Translations under genes and position numbers: made by a program
Origin: Fibrobacterota bacterium
GTDB taxonomy: Bacteria; Fibrobacterota; Fibrobacteria; UBA11236
Assembly: GCA_947482115.1 (NCBI GenBank)
Contig: CANKII010000004.1
Span: forward strand, 221,630 to 253,629
Direction: 5' to 3'
Length of the DNA stretch: 32,000 nt
Shown here: piece by piece, positions 16,753 through 25,035 of the stretch
Layout of the letters: the number at the start of each line of letters is the position of its first letter
How positions within the stretch are numbered: position 1 is the first letter of the stretch
The notes under the pieces: model-generated
The model's input: only the letters and a program-made list of their open reading frames with translations
What the model was told of the DNA's origin: nothing
Database searches by the model: none

Positions 16753-17460
16753 TCAGGTCTTGATGGTGAACGGATTGAAATCCGTGTGGCGGTCGTAATA
16801 ATCTTCTTGCTCGGCGCGTTTTAGGAAGCCGACGATCCGGTAAGTCACCGGAGTCATCACCACTTCCCATCCGGTTTTCAAAACATATTGCACCATCACC
16901 ACCTTGACGATGTCTCCGGTATCCCAAATGCCATAGAAGGCAATCCCGTAAAACAACATGGAGTCCACGAATTCACCCACAATGGTTGAACCGATGGTGC
17001 GCGTCCACAACCATTTGCCCTCGCTCCAGATTTTCATCTTGGCGAGCACATAGCTGTTGGCGAAACTGCCGGACCAAAACGCAATCATCGAGCCAGCCGC
17101 AATGCGCCACGCGTTTCCGAATACACCTTCCAAGTGACCCTGATACGTTTTCATGAAGGCGCTGTCCGAAGGCGGCAAATGAACAACGACCCACGCCATG
17201 AAGGATGCAAATGTCAATGCGCCGAAACCGGCCCATACGACGCGTCTATCACGGCCATATCCGTACACCTCGGTCAATATGTCGCCGAAGATGTAGGAGA
17301 TGGGGAAGAACAATACACCGGCTCCAAATTTAGTCGCGCCGAGAATGGGCAACGTAATCACTGCCTGCTTCGCTGCGCCGATGAAATTGGAACACAACAA
17401 CACCGTGACGAATGCGGCCATCACGAAGTCGTAGTATTTGTAACTGCTGCGGTGTGTCAT
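16753..17460 (-). CDS. yhhQ: queuosine-precursor transporter (YhhQ/DUF165, VUT family)
   Basis: YKYYDFVMAAFVTVLLCSNFIGAAK...FPISYIFGDILTEVYGY...R..VW.GF, and FVDSMLFYGIAFYG match the YhhQ pattern. It ends 3 nt before the rlmN start. Confidence 0.85.
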   Translation of the reverse strand: MTHRSSYKYYDFVMAAFVTVLLCSNFIGAAKQAVITLPILGATKFGAGVLFFPISYIFGDILTEVYGYGRDRRVVWAGFGALTFASFMAWVVVHLPPSDSAFMKTYQGHLEGVFGNAWRIAAGSMIAFWSGSFANSYVLAKMKIWSEGKWLWTRTIGSTIVGEFVDSMLFYGIAFYGIWDTGDIVKVVMVQYVLKTGWEVVMTPVTYRIVGFLKRAEQEDYYDRHTDFNPFTIKT

Positions 17461-17491
17461 GATGGTAAAAGGTAAACAACCCGGATGTTCC

Positions 17492-17535
17492 GATTCACCA
17501 TAGAGGCAAATGATTATTTGCCCCTATGGTGAATC
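17492..17535. promoter_or_regulatory. 20-bp-arm inverted repeat in the rnhA-yhhQ intergenic region (operator or attenuator/terminator candidate)
   Basis: GATTCACCATAGAGGCAAAT-GATT-ATTTGCCCCTATGGTGAATC has one mismatch in 20. It lies 6 nt after the rnhA stop and about 30 nt before the yhhQ ATG. No U-tract follows on the transcribed strand. Confidence 0.4.
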
Positions 17536-17540
17536 GCCCC

Positions 17541-18038
17541 CTACAATGAACCGACGTATCCAACATCATCCTCCAAATTTGGCCCCATGGCGGCTTCCTT
17601 GGCCAGCATATCGGCACGTTCGTTTTCCACCACACCACTATGGCCCTTCACCCAGCGAAATTCGGTTTTGTGGTCGAGGCATACCCGCAGCAAACGCTGC
17701 CAGAGATCGGGATTCATGGCCGGTTTGTTCCCCGCCGTTTTCCATCCTTTGGATTTCCATTTCTCCGCCCAGCCTTCATTGATGGCTTTGACGACGTATT
17801 GTGAATCGGTGTGGAGAATGACATGACAGCGCTCCTTGACCGCTTCCAGCGCTTTAATGACAGCGAGAATCTCCATGCGATTATTGGTCGTATGCTTGAA
17901 ACCTCCGGACAATTCCTTGCGATGTCCGTCGTGCATCATGACCACACCGTATCCACCCGGCCCCGGATTCCCCAGGCAACTGCCATCGGCGTAAACTTCG
18001 ATGATTTTGAGTGTTTGCTTTTCGGGTCTTTCAGACAT
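17541..18038 (-). CDS. rnhA: ribonuclease HI
   Basis: IEVYADGSCLGNPGPGGYGVVM...TTNNRMEILAVIKALE...ILHTDSQYV...KGHSG..ENERADMLAKEAA covers the DEDD catalytic blocks. I chose the ATG at 18038. Confidence 0.93.
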   Translation of the reverse strand: MSERPEKQTLKIIEVYADGSCLGNPGPGGYGVVMMHDGHRKELSGGFKHTTNNRMEILAVIKALEAVKERCHVILHTDSQYVVKAINEGWAEKWKSKGWKTAGNKPAMNPDLWQRLLRVCLDHKTEFRWVKGHSGVVENERADMLAKEAAMGPNLEDDVGYVGSL

Positions 18039-18132
18039 GGACACGCTCTCCGGGGATTCTCTAAGAATAACTTCACGCATTGAAATCACAGCCAGTTTGA
18101 CGAAAACACACGAGTTTCAGAGGTTTTCCCCC

Positions 18133-18477
18133 ATGAAAAATTATCACATCGAACAACTGGATGAAATTCCATCAACCCTGTGTCCGTGCGGCACCACGCA
18201 ACGCGCCTTTGTCGGTGGAGACAATACCGTGGCTTCGATCCATCTGGTGGATATCTCAAAAGACAGCCGGGCGCATTACCACCGGAAACTGACGGAGATC
18301 TATTTGATTCTCGAAGGCGAAGGTCACATGGAACTCGACGGCGAAATGATTCCCGTCAAACCGCTGACCACCATTCTCATCCAACCCGGATGCCGTCATC
18401 GTGCCGTCGGGCAAATGCGCATCGTCAACATCCCGATACCGGTTTACGATCCCGACGATGAATTTTTTGACGACTGA
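18133..18477 (+). CDS. cupin domain protein
   Basis: It is 114 aa. AHYHRKLTEIYLILEGEGHMELDGE...ILIQPGCRHRAVG matches cupin motifs 1 and 2. The ATG at 18133 is internal to the track ORF. Confidence 0.75.
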   Translation: MKNYHIEQLDEIPSTLCPCGTTQRAFVGGDNTVASIHLVDISKDSRAHYHRKLTEIYLILEGEGHMELDGEMIPVKPLTTILIQPGCRHRAVGQMRIVNIPIPVYDPDDEFFDD

Positions 18478-18656
18478 AAAATGCGGAGTCCTCTGCGATG
18501 AAATGAAATTGTATCCCGCAACAGATGAAGAATCAGATCCTCCGGATGCCATTGAGTTTGACGAATACAACTTTGTATAACAGATTTGATGGGTGATTAC
18601 ACAATTTTTTGTCACTGGACAATAATCACATCAACCACATAACCAAGGAGCCATCG

Positions 18657-18770
18657 ATGGCAAAGAAGAAAGCAGCAAAGAAGACGGCAAAGAAAGCCGC
18701 GCCTGTGAAAGCAGCTCCCGTGAAAAAAGCCCCTGCTAAAAAGGCCGCAAAGAAAGCCGCCAAAAAATAG
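18657..18770 (+). CDS. 37-aa Lys/Ala-rich histone H1-like basic protein (not in the ORF track)
   Basis: AAGGAG at 18645-18650 lies 6 nt before the ATG. My translation is MAKKKAAKKTAKKAAPVKAAPVKKAPAKKAAKKAAKK followed by a stop. Confidence 0.6.
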   Translation: MAKKKAAKKTAKKAAPVKAAPVKKAPAKKAAKKAAKK

Positions 18771-18780
18771 GCTGTAAGTA

Positions 18781-18932
18781 TTAGCCCAGTACGGCTTTGA
18801 GGATGACGTCGCGAACCGATGTCATCGGCATTGAAGTCCCGCTTACCAGGGACTTATCCCCGATCAGCAATGGAGCCTCCGCCGGATTATCGGCGGGGGT
18901 TCCATGCGATTCCCTTCGTATACTCCGAATCC
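18781..18932 (-). pseudogene. frameshifted remnant of the 3' end of an eboF-like (AP-superfamily phosphodiesterase) gene
   Basis: The reverse strand reads ...ESHGTPADNPAEAPLLIGDKSLVSGTSMPMTSVRDVILKAVLG followed by a stop. The intact gene at 20419 reads ...KGSHGTPADDPAEAPLLIGAVALIHGTSMPMTSVHDVILQAVAGL followed by a stop. Nucleotide blocks of 19 and 30 nt are identical. There is a 1-nt indel near 18915, and no upstream coding body. Confidence 0.7.
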
Positions 18933-18947
18933 GCATCTTGCCGGGAG

Positions 18948-18973
18948 AAGAAAAAAAGGCCCGACCTTCGGCC
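18948..18973 (-). terminator. rho-independent terminator of the BNR/T9SS gene
   Basis: The minus strand reads GGCCGA-AGG-TCGGGCC (one bulged G) followed by TTTTTTT. It starts about 25 nt after the stop at 19000. Confidence 0.55.
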
Positions 18974-18999
18974 GCGGCAACAATTCGTGATAAGCACGG

Positions 19000-20307
19000 C
19001 TAAGGCCTCTTGATTACCGGCCAGGATCTGTGTACACTGCCCGCACGAAAATCCAGAAAATACTTCCCGGCGGGCAGGATTTTGAATGGCAGGCTTAAAG
19101 AATGGTTCCCCGGGGCCTCTACGCGTTGCAGGTTCCAAACAGGGCGCCCCAAGGCGTCGCGCACGGTGAGGGAAACTTCCAGAGCATATGGAAGACGATA
19201 AACTATCACACCATTCGCCAGATCAGCTAAAGTGTTCGATTCCAACTTAGTCTGAATTCCCACAATGACTGCAGCGGAGGGATCTGTCTTGAGCAAGGTC
19301 CCACTATCGCCTACGGCGAAGGCGGTAGTTGAGGAGGCCACTTCAACGGCATAAAGGGTCCTGTTCGTTATGGGCGCTTCCGTAAGCCAAGAATCGCCCC
19401 CATCCGTGGTTTTCATTACCAAGCCGCTGTTGCCCACGGCATAACCGATGCTTTTTCCGGAAAAAGTGATGTTGTTCAGAATTTTGGAAGGCGTCACACG
19501 ATTCACCCAAGTGGCACCCCCGTTCGTGGTCTTTTGAATATTGCTCACTTGAAACGTCCCTCCGGGGCAAAGTGGAGTGACGCCGCAAATTCCGGGAGGG
19601 GTGTATCCCGTATACCCCACCACGGCAAACCCCGTATCGTTGCTTAAAAATTGTCCGGCTTTCCACGGACTACTGGATGTACTGAGATTTGACCATGCCG
19701 TCCCTTGGCCGCTGTCGGTCAGGATTTCACCCCAAGATTCGGAGCTGCTCACCGTTGAGACACGAACGGCGCCGAAGAAAATCCTCTTTGGACCCGAGGA
19801 GCGCAGCGGAATGGAGACATACAAACCTCCGGAGACCATAAGATTTTCCTTCCTGCCATAGACGGGAAGTGTATGAACGCCACCGTCCGTAGTCTTGAAA
19901 ACTTCCAGCGAGTCGTTTGACACCAACGCAAACCATCCCGTGTTCACGTTGATGAAGGAAAAGGCGCGGATGTCGGCCGACGCCTTTGTCACGAAGCTCC
20001 AATTCACACCGCCATCCGTGGTTTTATACAGGGAGTCGCCTCCGGCCACGACCCACCCGGTTCGACCGGTGATAAATTGTGCCGGACCGAGGTTGGCTTT
20101 GAGAGCCGCGAAGGACAACTTGATCCATGCGGTTCCCCCGTTGGTGGTCTTCAAATAGACGCCTGAGTCCCCGAACGCGTATCCGGTGTCCGTTCCGATA
20201 AATTGCAGAGAACGCAACGAGGCAAGGGTGGTGGTGGGAACGACTTCCCAAGCCTGGATCGAGGACACGCAAACAACCATCGTGACGATCCAGCGCAAGA
20301 GTTTCAT
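19000..20307 (-). CDS. secreted BNR/Ycf48-like beta-propeller protein with a T9SS C-terminal sorting domain
   Basis: AAGGAGG lies 7 nt before the ATG at 20307. The signal peptide is MKLLRWIVTMVVCVSSIQA. T(T/N)(D/N)GG..W motifs recur: KTTNGGTAW, KTTDGGVNW, KTTDGGVH, KTTNGGATW and KTTDGGDSW. The C-terminal domain reads ...LTVRDALGRPVW...LPAGKYFLDF.... Confidence 0.8.
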   Translation of the reverse strand: MKLLRWIVTMVVCVSSIQAWEVVPTTTLASLRSLQFIGTDTGYAFGDSGVYLKTTNGGTAWIKLSFAALKANLGPAQFITGRTGWVVAGGDSLYKTTDGGVNWSFVTKASADIRAFSFINVNTGWFALVSNDSLEVFKTTDGGVHTLPVYGRKENLMVSGGLYVSIPLRSSGPKRIFFGAVRVSTVSSSESWGEILTDSGQGTAWSNLSTSSSPWKAGQFLSNDTGFAVVGYTGYTPPGICGVTPLCPGGTFQVSNIQKTTNGGATWVNRVTPSKILNNITFSGKSIGYAVGNSGLVMKTTDGGDSWLTEAPITNRTLYAVEVASSTTAFAVGDSGTLLKTDPSAAVIVGIQTKLESNTLADLANGVIVYRLPYALEVSLTVRDALGRPVWNLQRVEAPGNHSLSLPFKILPAGKYFLDFRAGSVHRSWPVIKRP

Positions 20308-20418
20308 GGGGGATCCTCCTTTTGGGTTCATCTGTAATATACTCGGCGATTTTGAAAATCATCGGGAGGCGAAAAAATTCTTCTCGTCTTGTTCGAAAAA
20401 ATCTCGTTTTTCCGGTTT

Positions 20419-21798
20419 TTATAGGCCTGCCACAGCCTGGAGAATCACATCGTGAACCGATGTCATCGGCATGGATGTTCCGTGAATCAGCGCAACGGCC
20501 CCGATCAGCAATGGAGCCTCCGCCGGATCGTCGGCGGGGGTACCATGCGATCCCTTTACCAGCGATGCATCCAGCGGAATCACATCCATGTAATAGCGGA
20601 AGCCCAGCTTCTTCTTGAGCAAGGTGAATCCCATCTTCGCCTTCACCAGCGGTTGCGCCGGATCGAGAAACAGCTCCACCGGATCATAACCCGGTTTGCG
20701 ATGAATATCCACACAGCGTGCGAAGTCCGGCGCAAGCTTCTCATCTTCCCAGAAATAGTAAGTGTACCAGTTGTCCGGCTCGGCCATGAGGATGACATCT
20801 CCGGCACGTTCATGATCGAGTCCATATTGTTTACGCTCATCCCCCACCAGAATCTTCCGCGTTCCCGGTTCCTTTTTAAACAGCTCGACAACCTGATTGA
20901 GACAGGATTTATCATTCAAATAGATGTGGCAAATCTGATGATCCGAAACCGCGAAGGCTTTGCTGGCTCCCGCATCCAGAATTTCCCAAGTCACGCTGGG
21001 CCTCACTTCAAGCAGACCCGCTTTGCGCAGAATGCGATTGGGATCGGTATGCCGGGTGACCTTGGTAATCCCGTATTCAGAGACCACCAAAACTTTCACA
21101 CCCTGTTTTTCGTAGAACTCGATCAAATCTCCGGCCACCGCATCAATGGCTTTCAACTCTTCGGGAATTTCCGGTGCATCCGGTCCAAACTTCTGCAAAC
21201 TGTAATCGAGATGCGGCAAATACACCAGCGACAAGGTGGGATGTTTTTTCTCCTGAATCCATTTTGCGCTGGCGGCAATCCACTTCGAAGAACCGATGCC
21301 TGCCGCCGGACCCCAGAAGGCCGGGAAGGGAAAGAGGCCGAGATCCTTCACCAAAGGATCATGCAATTCCAACGGATGTGTGTACACGTCGAAAACCTTG
21401 CGGCCATCGGCGGGATAATGCGGTCGTGGCGTCACCGACCAGTCCACACCGGAATACATGTTGTACCACCAGAACAGCTTGGCACAGGTGAAGCCAGGAT
21501 ATTGTTTCAGCGTGTCATAAATCTTTTCGCCCTGAATCAACGTATTGCTTTGCTTCCAGAATCCCACTTCGGCGAGATCATGGAAGTACCAGCCATTGCC
21601 CACAATACCATGATCGTCTGGAAGCTTTCCCGTCAACATAGTGGCTTGACTCGTGCAGGTCACCGCAGGAAACGGTTCTTCGAGTCGCACATGCGCATTG
21701 CGCTCCCAAAACGCTTTGAGCTTCGGAGTATGCTCTCCGATCAACGACGGCGTCAGCCCGACAATATTGAGTACAGCAGTGGGATTAAGCTTTGTCAT
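20419..21798 (-). CDS. alkaline-phosphatase-superfamily nucleotide pyrophosphatase/phosphodiesterase (EboF-like)
   Basis: MTKLNPTAVLNIVGLTPSLIGEHTPKL...AVTCTSQATMLTG...YLPHLDY...VSEYG are AP-superfamily metal and nucleophile blocks. The ATG at 21798 overlaps the upstream gene by 14 nt. Confidence 0.75.
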   Translation of the reverse strand: MTKLNPTAVLNIVGLTPSLIGEHTPKLKAFWERNAHVRLEEPFPAVTCTSQATMLTGKLPDDHGIVGNGWYFHDLAEVGFWKQSNTLIQGEKIYDTLKQYPGFTCAKLFWWYNMYSGVDWSVTPRPHYPADGRKVFDVYTHPLELHDPLVKDLGLFPFPAFWGPAAGIGSSKWIAASAKWIQEKKHPTLSLVYLPHLDYSLQKFGPDAPEIPEELKAIDAVAGDLIEFYEKQGVKVLVVSEYGITKVTRHTDPNRILRKAGLLEVRPSVTWEILDAGASKAFAVSDHQICHIYLNDKSCLNQVVELFKKEPGTRKILVGDERKQYGLDHERAGDVILMAEPDNWYTYYFWEDEKLAPDFARCVDIHRKPGYDPVELFLDPAQPLVKAKMGFTLLKKKLGFRYYMDVIPLDASLVKGSHGTPADDPAEAPLLIGAVALIHGTSMPMTSVHDVILQAVAGL

Positions 21799-23077
21799 CA
21801 AATACTCCAGGCTCTTGCTTGCGAATAAAATCCAATTCCTGCGCCAAACATTGCGCCAATGCCGTATCCGAATCGGGACGATGGGCTTCCGGCAGAACAC
21901 TCCATGTGTAAGTTTCAATTTCGAATTGGGAACACAGATTATGCTTCAGCGCATAGCGTAAGGCGCGCAGCATATCCCCGCGCGTGGTACGAATGGATCC
22001 ATCCAGCAGCGATTCCGCATGAATGGGCACATGATAATGCACCCGCCAAGGATGCGCGAATAAATCTGCTCCTGCTTCCAACACCTGTGGTAAATCATCA
22101 AAATCGATCACGCCTTGCGGAGTATTCACCCGGGTTTGATGCAAAAATTTCGGTTCCACAAATTGGGAACGTAAAGCGCGGGATTGGCCATCGGCATCAA
22201 CCGGAAATTCCAAAGCGCTGGAAAGCTGTATCTTGTGAATGGGAATTCCGGCTTGATGCAAGGATTCCAAAGCCTCTTCGGGATTTTCAAATTGCACGGC
22301 CTGATGACAGGTGTCGTAGCAAATCCCCAAATGTGTGTCGATGAGTTCTGAAATTCCGGCGTGCGAGGCGGCGGGACGTAGAACATCTTTCCAGAATGCC
22401 AATACTTGAGGCGTTCGCTCCAACACACAACCCGGTTCCGGTTCAATTGCCAGCGCAATTGTTTTTCCAGTCCGAGTTCGAAGAGCATCGAGAAAACGTG
22501 TTAGCTCGATCAAAGCCTCTGCCGCTCTTTCACTTTGGTTTTGAGTCCAACCTTCGCGCCAACCCAAGGGCAAAGTTGAGATGGATCCAAATCCATTTTC
22601 AGGAAGCAATGCGGCCAGAACTTCGGCGCAACCTTGTGTGTATTTCAACCGGGCAGGCTCGGTCCAATCCGGCAAATACACTTTTCGTTTAACAACCGCT
22701 TCGTGGAAATCACCGTAAGGAAAGGCGTTCAAAGTGAATGTCGAGACACCCCAAGCTTCCAGCTCTTTGCGCAGACTTTCCACGCCCTCTTGCAGTACGT
22801 CCTGCAGCACATCATTGCTAAACCAGAGGCCCATGGGAAAGGGTTTCCAGCCCAGCGCAGAGCCGACTTGGGGGCCGAAAAACCGGATCTTGTCCTTCCA
22901 AACCGCCCAATTTTGGAGCGGATGGACGTTAGTACAGTATGTAAGTGCCTGCTTTTTCAAGATTTGTGGGGGTTTAATTGATTTTCCTCGCCCCAAAATA
23001 GAGCTTTTGCTGTACTTTAATCTATAAACCGTCAGCTTTCCGGCTTTTGAGAGGTGGGTAATCCACATGGTTCGCAT
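21785..23077 (-). CDS. xylose-isomerase-like TIM-barrel protein (EboE-like)
   Basis: LTYCTNVHP...NAFPYGDFH..VVK..VY.PDWT.P.R..YT...LLPE...SIST.PLG resembles what I recall of EboE. The start is uncertain. The first 40 or so residues of the track ORF look non-homologous. An in-frame TTG at 22960 would give MKKQALTYCTNVHP. Confidence 0.7.
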   Translation of the reverse strand: MRTMWITHLSKAGKLTVYRLKYSKSSILGRGKSIKPPQILKKQALTYCTNVHPLQNWAVWKDKIRFFGPQVGSALGWKPFPMGLWFSNDVLQDVLQEGVESLRKELEAWGVSTFTLNAFPYGDFHEAVVKRKVYLPDWTEPARLKYTQGCAEVLAALLPENGFGSISTLPLGWREGWTQNQSERAAEALIELTRFLDALRTRTGKTIALAIEPEPGCVLERTPQVLAFWKDVLRPAASHAGISELIDTHLGICYDTCHQAVQFENPEEALESLHQAGIPIHKIQLSSALEFPVDADGQSRALRSQFVEPKFLHQTRVNTPQGVIDFDDLPQVLEAGADLFAHPWRVHYHVPIHAESLLDGSIRTTRGDMLRALRYALKHNLCSQFEIETYTWSVLPEAHRPDSDTALAQCLAQELDFIRKQEPGVFDDKA

Positions 23078-23129
23078 TCAATCCGCGACTTCCGCGGATA
23101 CTAATACGCATTCGTCCGCCCAAACTGGG

Positions 23130-24236
23130 ATGGCTGTGGAGACGTGGAATTCGCCACTCACGGGCAATATGCCCATTCATTTCGGAGATGGCGCCTTGGA
23201 TACCCTTCCCGCCTTGTTGCAGGAGCTTTCCCCGGACAAGGTTTTTCTGGTTTCCGACCCGCATGTTTTTGATTTGTACGGTGCCTTCCTGATTCACCTG
23301 CTTTCCAGCCGCTTTGCCCCCGAAGTGGTGCTCATTCCCGAAGGCGAGAATGAAAAGAAACTTTCCAACCTCGAAGAATTGTGCGAAGAGCTGTTCAATC
23401 GAGGGGCGACCAAGTCCTCAGTAATCGTGAACTTCGGTGGCGGTGTAGTGCTGAATGTCGGCGGCATGGCTGCCAGTTTGATTTATCGCGGCATCCGCTT
23501 CGTGCATGTGCCCACCACTTTGATGGCGCAAAGCGACGTGATTGTTTCCAACAAACAAGGCGTTAATTTTGCGAACGGAAAAAATCGACTCGGTCTTTTT
23601 TCCAAACCCGTGGCAGCTTTCGCTGATCCGCGCTTCTACAACACCGAATTGCCGCGCCAGTTGCGCGCTTCCTTGGTGGAATATTGCAAGAACGCGATTC
23701 TGCTCGGTGGCAAACATTTTGAAACCGCGATGGCATACTTTGAAGCGGGCAATGCGCTGGCTCCCGCCAAGCTGCGCCAGTTGCTGCGCTATTCGCTGGA
23801 ACAGAAATTTGAAATCGCAAAACTGGATCCGACAGAACGCGGCTTCGGCCTCGTCCTGGAATACGGTCATACGGTAGGCCATGCGGTGGAGTTTTTGTCA
23901 CAGGGCCGCGTACTGCATGGTGAAGCCGTGTACCATGGAATGCGAGTAGCCGGAAGACTGGCCAATATTCTCGGGATTTTTCCGGATGCGGAATACAAGA
24001 AGCAAACGTCGCTGTTGAACAAGATTCCCGACATCCAAAGCATTCCTGCGGACATTTCTGTCGGACAGATTTTGCAGGCCGTGCAGCGCGACAACAAGAA
24101 GCGCGACAAGGGGCTGGCGTTCATTCTGATGCAGGCCATTGGCCAGCCGAATCGCCGCGGCGAATCGGTGCTGACGCCGGTGCCGGAAGAGGCCCTGCAA
24201 CAGGTGCTGCTGGAATACCGGGATGCTTTGCTATAG
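23130..24236 (+). CDS. 3-dehydroquinate-synthase-family sugar-phosphate cyclase (EboD-like)
   Basis: FGGGVVLNVGG is the NAD-binding glycine loop. VHVPTTLMAQSDV..SNKQGVNF, EYGHTVGHAVE and LHGEAVYHGM are the metal-binding His motifs. I chose the ATG at 23130 so that it does not overlap the divergent gene. Confidence 0.8.
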   Translation: MAVETWNSPLTGNMPIHFGDGALDTLPALLQELSPDKVFLVSDPHVFDLYGAFLIHLLSSRFAPEVVLIPEGENEKKLSNLEELCEELFNRGATKSSVIVNFGGGVVLNVGGMAASLIYRGIRFVHVPTTLMAQSDVIVSNKQGVNFANGKNRLGLFSKPVAAFADPRFYNTELPRQLRASLVEYCKNAILLGGKHFETAMAYFEAGNALAPAKLRQLLRYSLEQKFEIAKLDPTERGFGLVLEYGHTVGHAVEFLSQGRVLHGEAVYHGMRVAGRLANILGIFPDAEYKKQTSLLNKIPDIQSIPADISVGQILQAVQRDNKKRDKGLAFILMQAIGQPNRRGESVLTPVPEEALQQVLLEYRDALL

Positions 24237-25035
24237 CACGGCATCGCTGCCGGATCGTTTCACCCCTTCACAAATCGCCGAGACCTTGCTTCCCACACCC
24301 TTTCGCGGTGTGGAACTCGCCGTTACTCCCGGGCATTTGCGCCGTGCGAACGATGCCAGTTTCTGGTTGGGCTTTCGCACGGAATTGGAAACACGCGGAC
24401 TGTGCATCCGCAACGTGCAACTCGGCCACCCTTTTCTTCTCGGACCTGTCGCCCACTCCCCCGGCCTCTCTTCGCCGGATCCCGTGGGACGTCAACGCCG
24501 CATCGAAGCCGCATTAATAGCGGCATCCATTGCAGAAAAAGTCGGAAGTCCGTTTCTGACGGTGACGACAGGTTTGCCGGAACGCGCCGGAGATTTTGCG
24601 GTTCAGGAAAAACTGTTTTTCGATTCCCTGTCTGAAATCGTTTCAGGTCGTCCCAAAAAAGTGAAGGTTGCGATTGAACAGGAACCGGAGCATGTCATCC
24701 ATCGCACCGATCAAATGCTCTTTCTCTGCCGCAGCTTTGAGGGCGAAGTGTTCTCCAACTTCGACGTAGGTCACAGCTTCGTGGCCGGTGAAGATCCGGC
24801 GCAATGCATTCGTGAACTGGGTCGCTATCTATCGAACATTCATCTGGAAGACATCAAGGGCCGGGTTCACAAGCATTTGATGTTTGGGGATGGCGACATC
24901 GACTTCCGCGCCTTGTTTGCGGCGTTGAAGGAGATCAGATATCAGGGCGATCTGACGCCAGATCTGTATCCGTTCAAGGATGAACCGGTGAAGGCATTGA
25001 GGGAGTCAGCGGAGTTTTTGGCACGGATGGGGTAG
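24223..25035 (+). CDS. sugar phosphate isomerase/epimerase (xylose-isomerase-like TIM barrel, AP_endonuc_2 family)
   Basis: VAIEQEPEHV, NFDVGHSF, NIHLEDIKG..HKHLMFGDGDIDF and YQGDLTPDLYP fit the family pattern. It overlaps the cyclase gene by 14 nt. Confidence 0.8.
   Translation: MLCYSTASLPDRFTPSQIAETLLPTPFRGVELAVTPGHLRRANDASFWLGFRTELETRGLCIRNVQLGHPFLLGPVAHSPGLSSPDPVGRQRRIEAALIAASIAEKVGSPFLTVTTGLPERAGDFAVQEKLFFDSLSEIVSGRPKKVKVAIEQEPEHVIHRTDQMLFLCRSFEGEVFSNFDVGHSFVAGEDPAQCIRELGRYLSNIHLEDIKGRVHKHLMFGDGDIDFRALFAALKEIRYQGDLTPDLYPFKDEPVKALRESAEFLARMG

Noticed and set aside
17461-17540. A possible preQ1 riboswitch upstream of yhhQ.
   Set aside because: yhhQ is often preQ1-regulated. However, the leader lacks the short P1 hairpin followed by the A-rich ...AAAAAACUA tail of preQ1-I, and it shows no preQ1-II/III-like features. 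Only the large dyad, reported separately, is present.
18503-18580. A 25-aa acidic ORF (MKLYPATDEESDPPDAIEFDEYNFV) just upstream of the basic H1-like ORF.
   Set aside because: An acidic partner for a polycationic protein is an attractive idea. However, there is no Shine-Dalgarno sequence, the ORF is very short, and I cannot assess conservation. There is no support beyond an open frame.
20452-21828. A 458-aa ORF on the plus strand.
   Set aside because: It is antisense to the EboF-like phosphodiesterase gene. It is rich in Arg, His, Ile and Gln, has no motifs, and is a shadow ORF.
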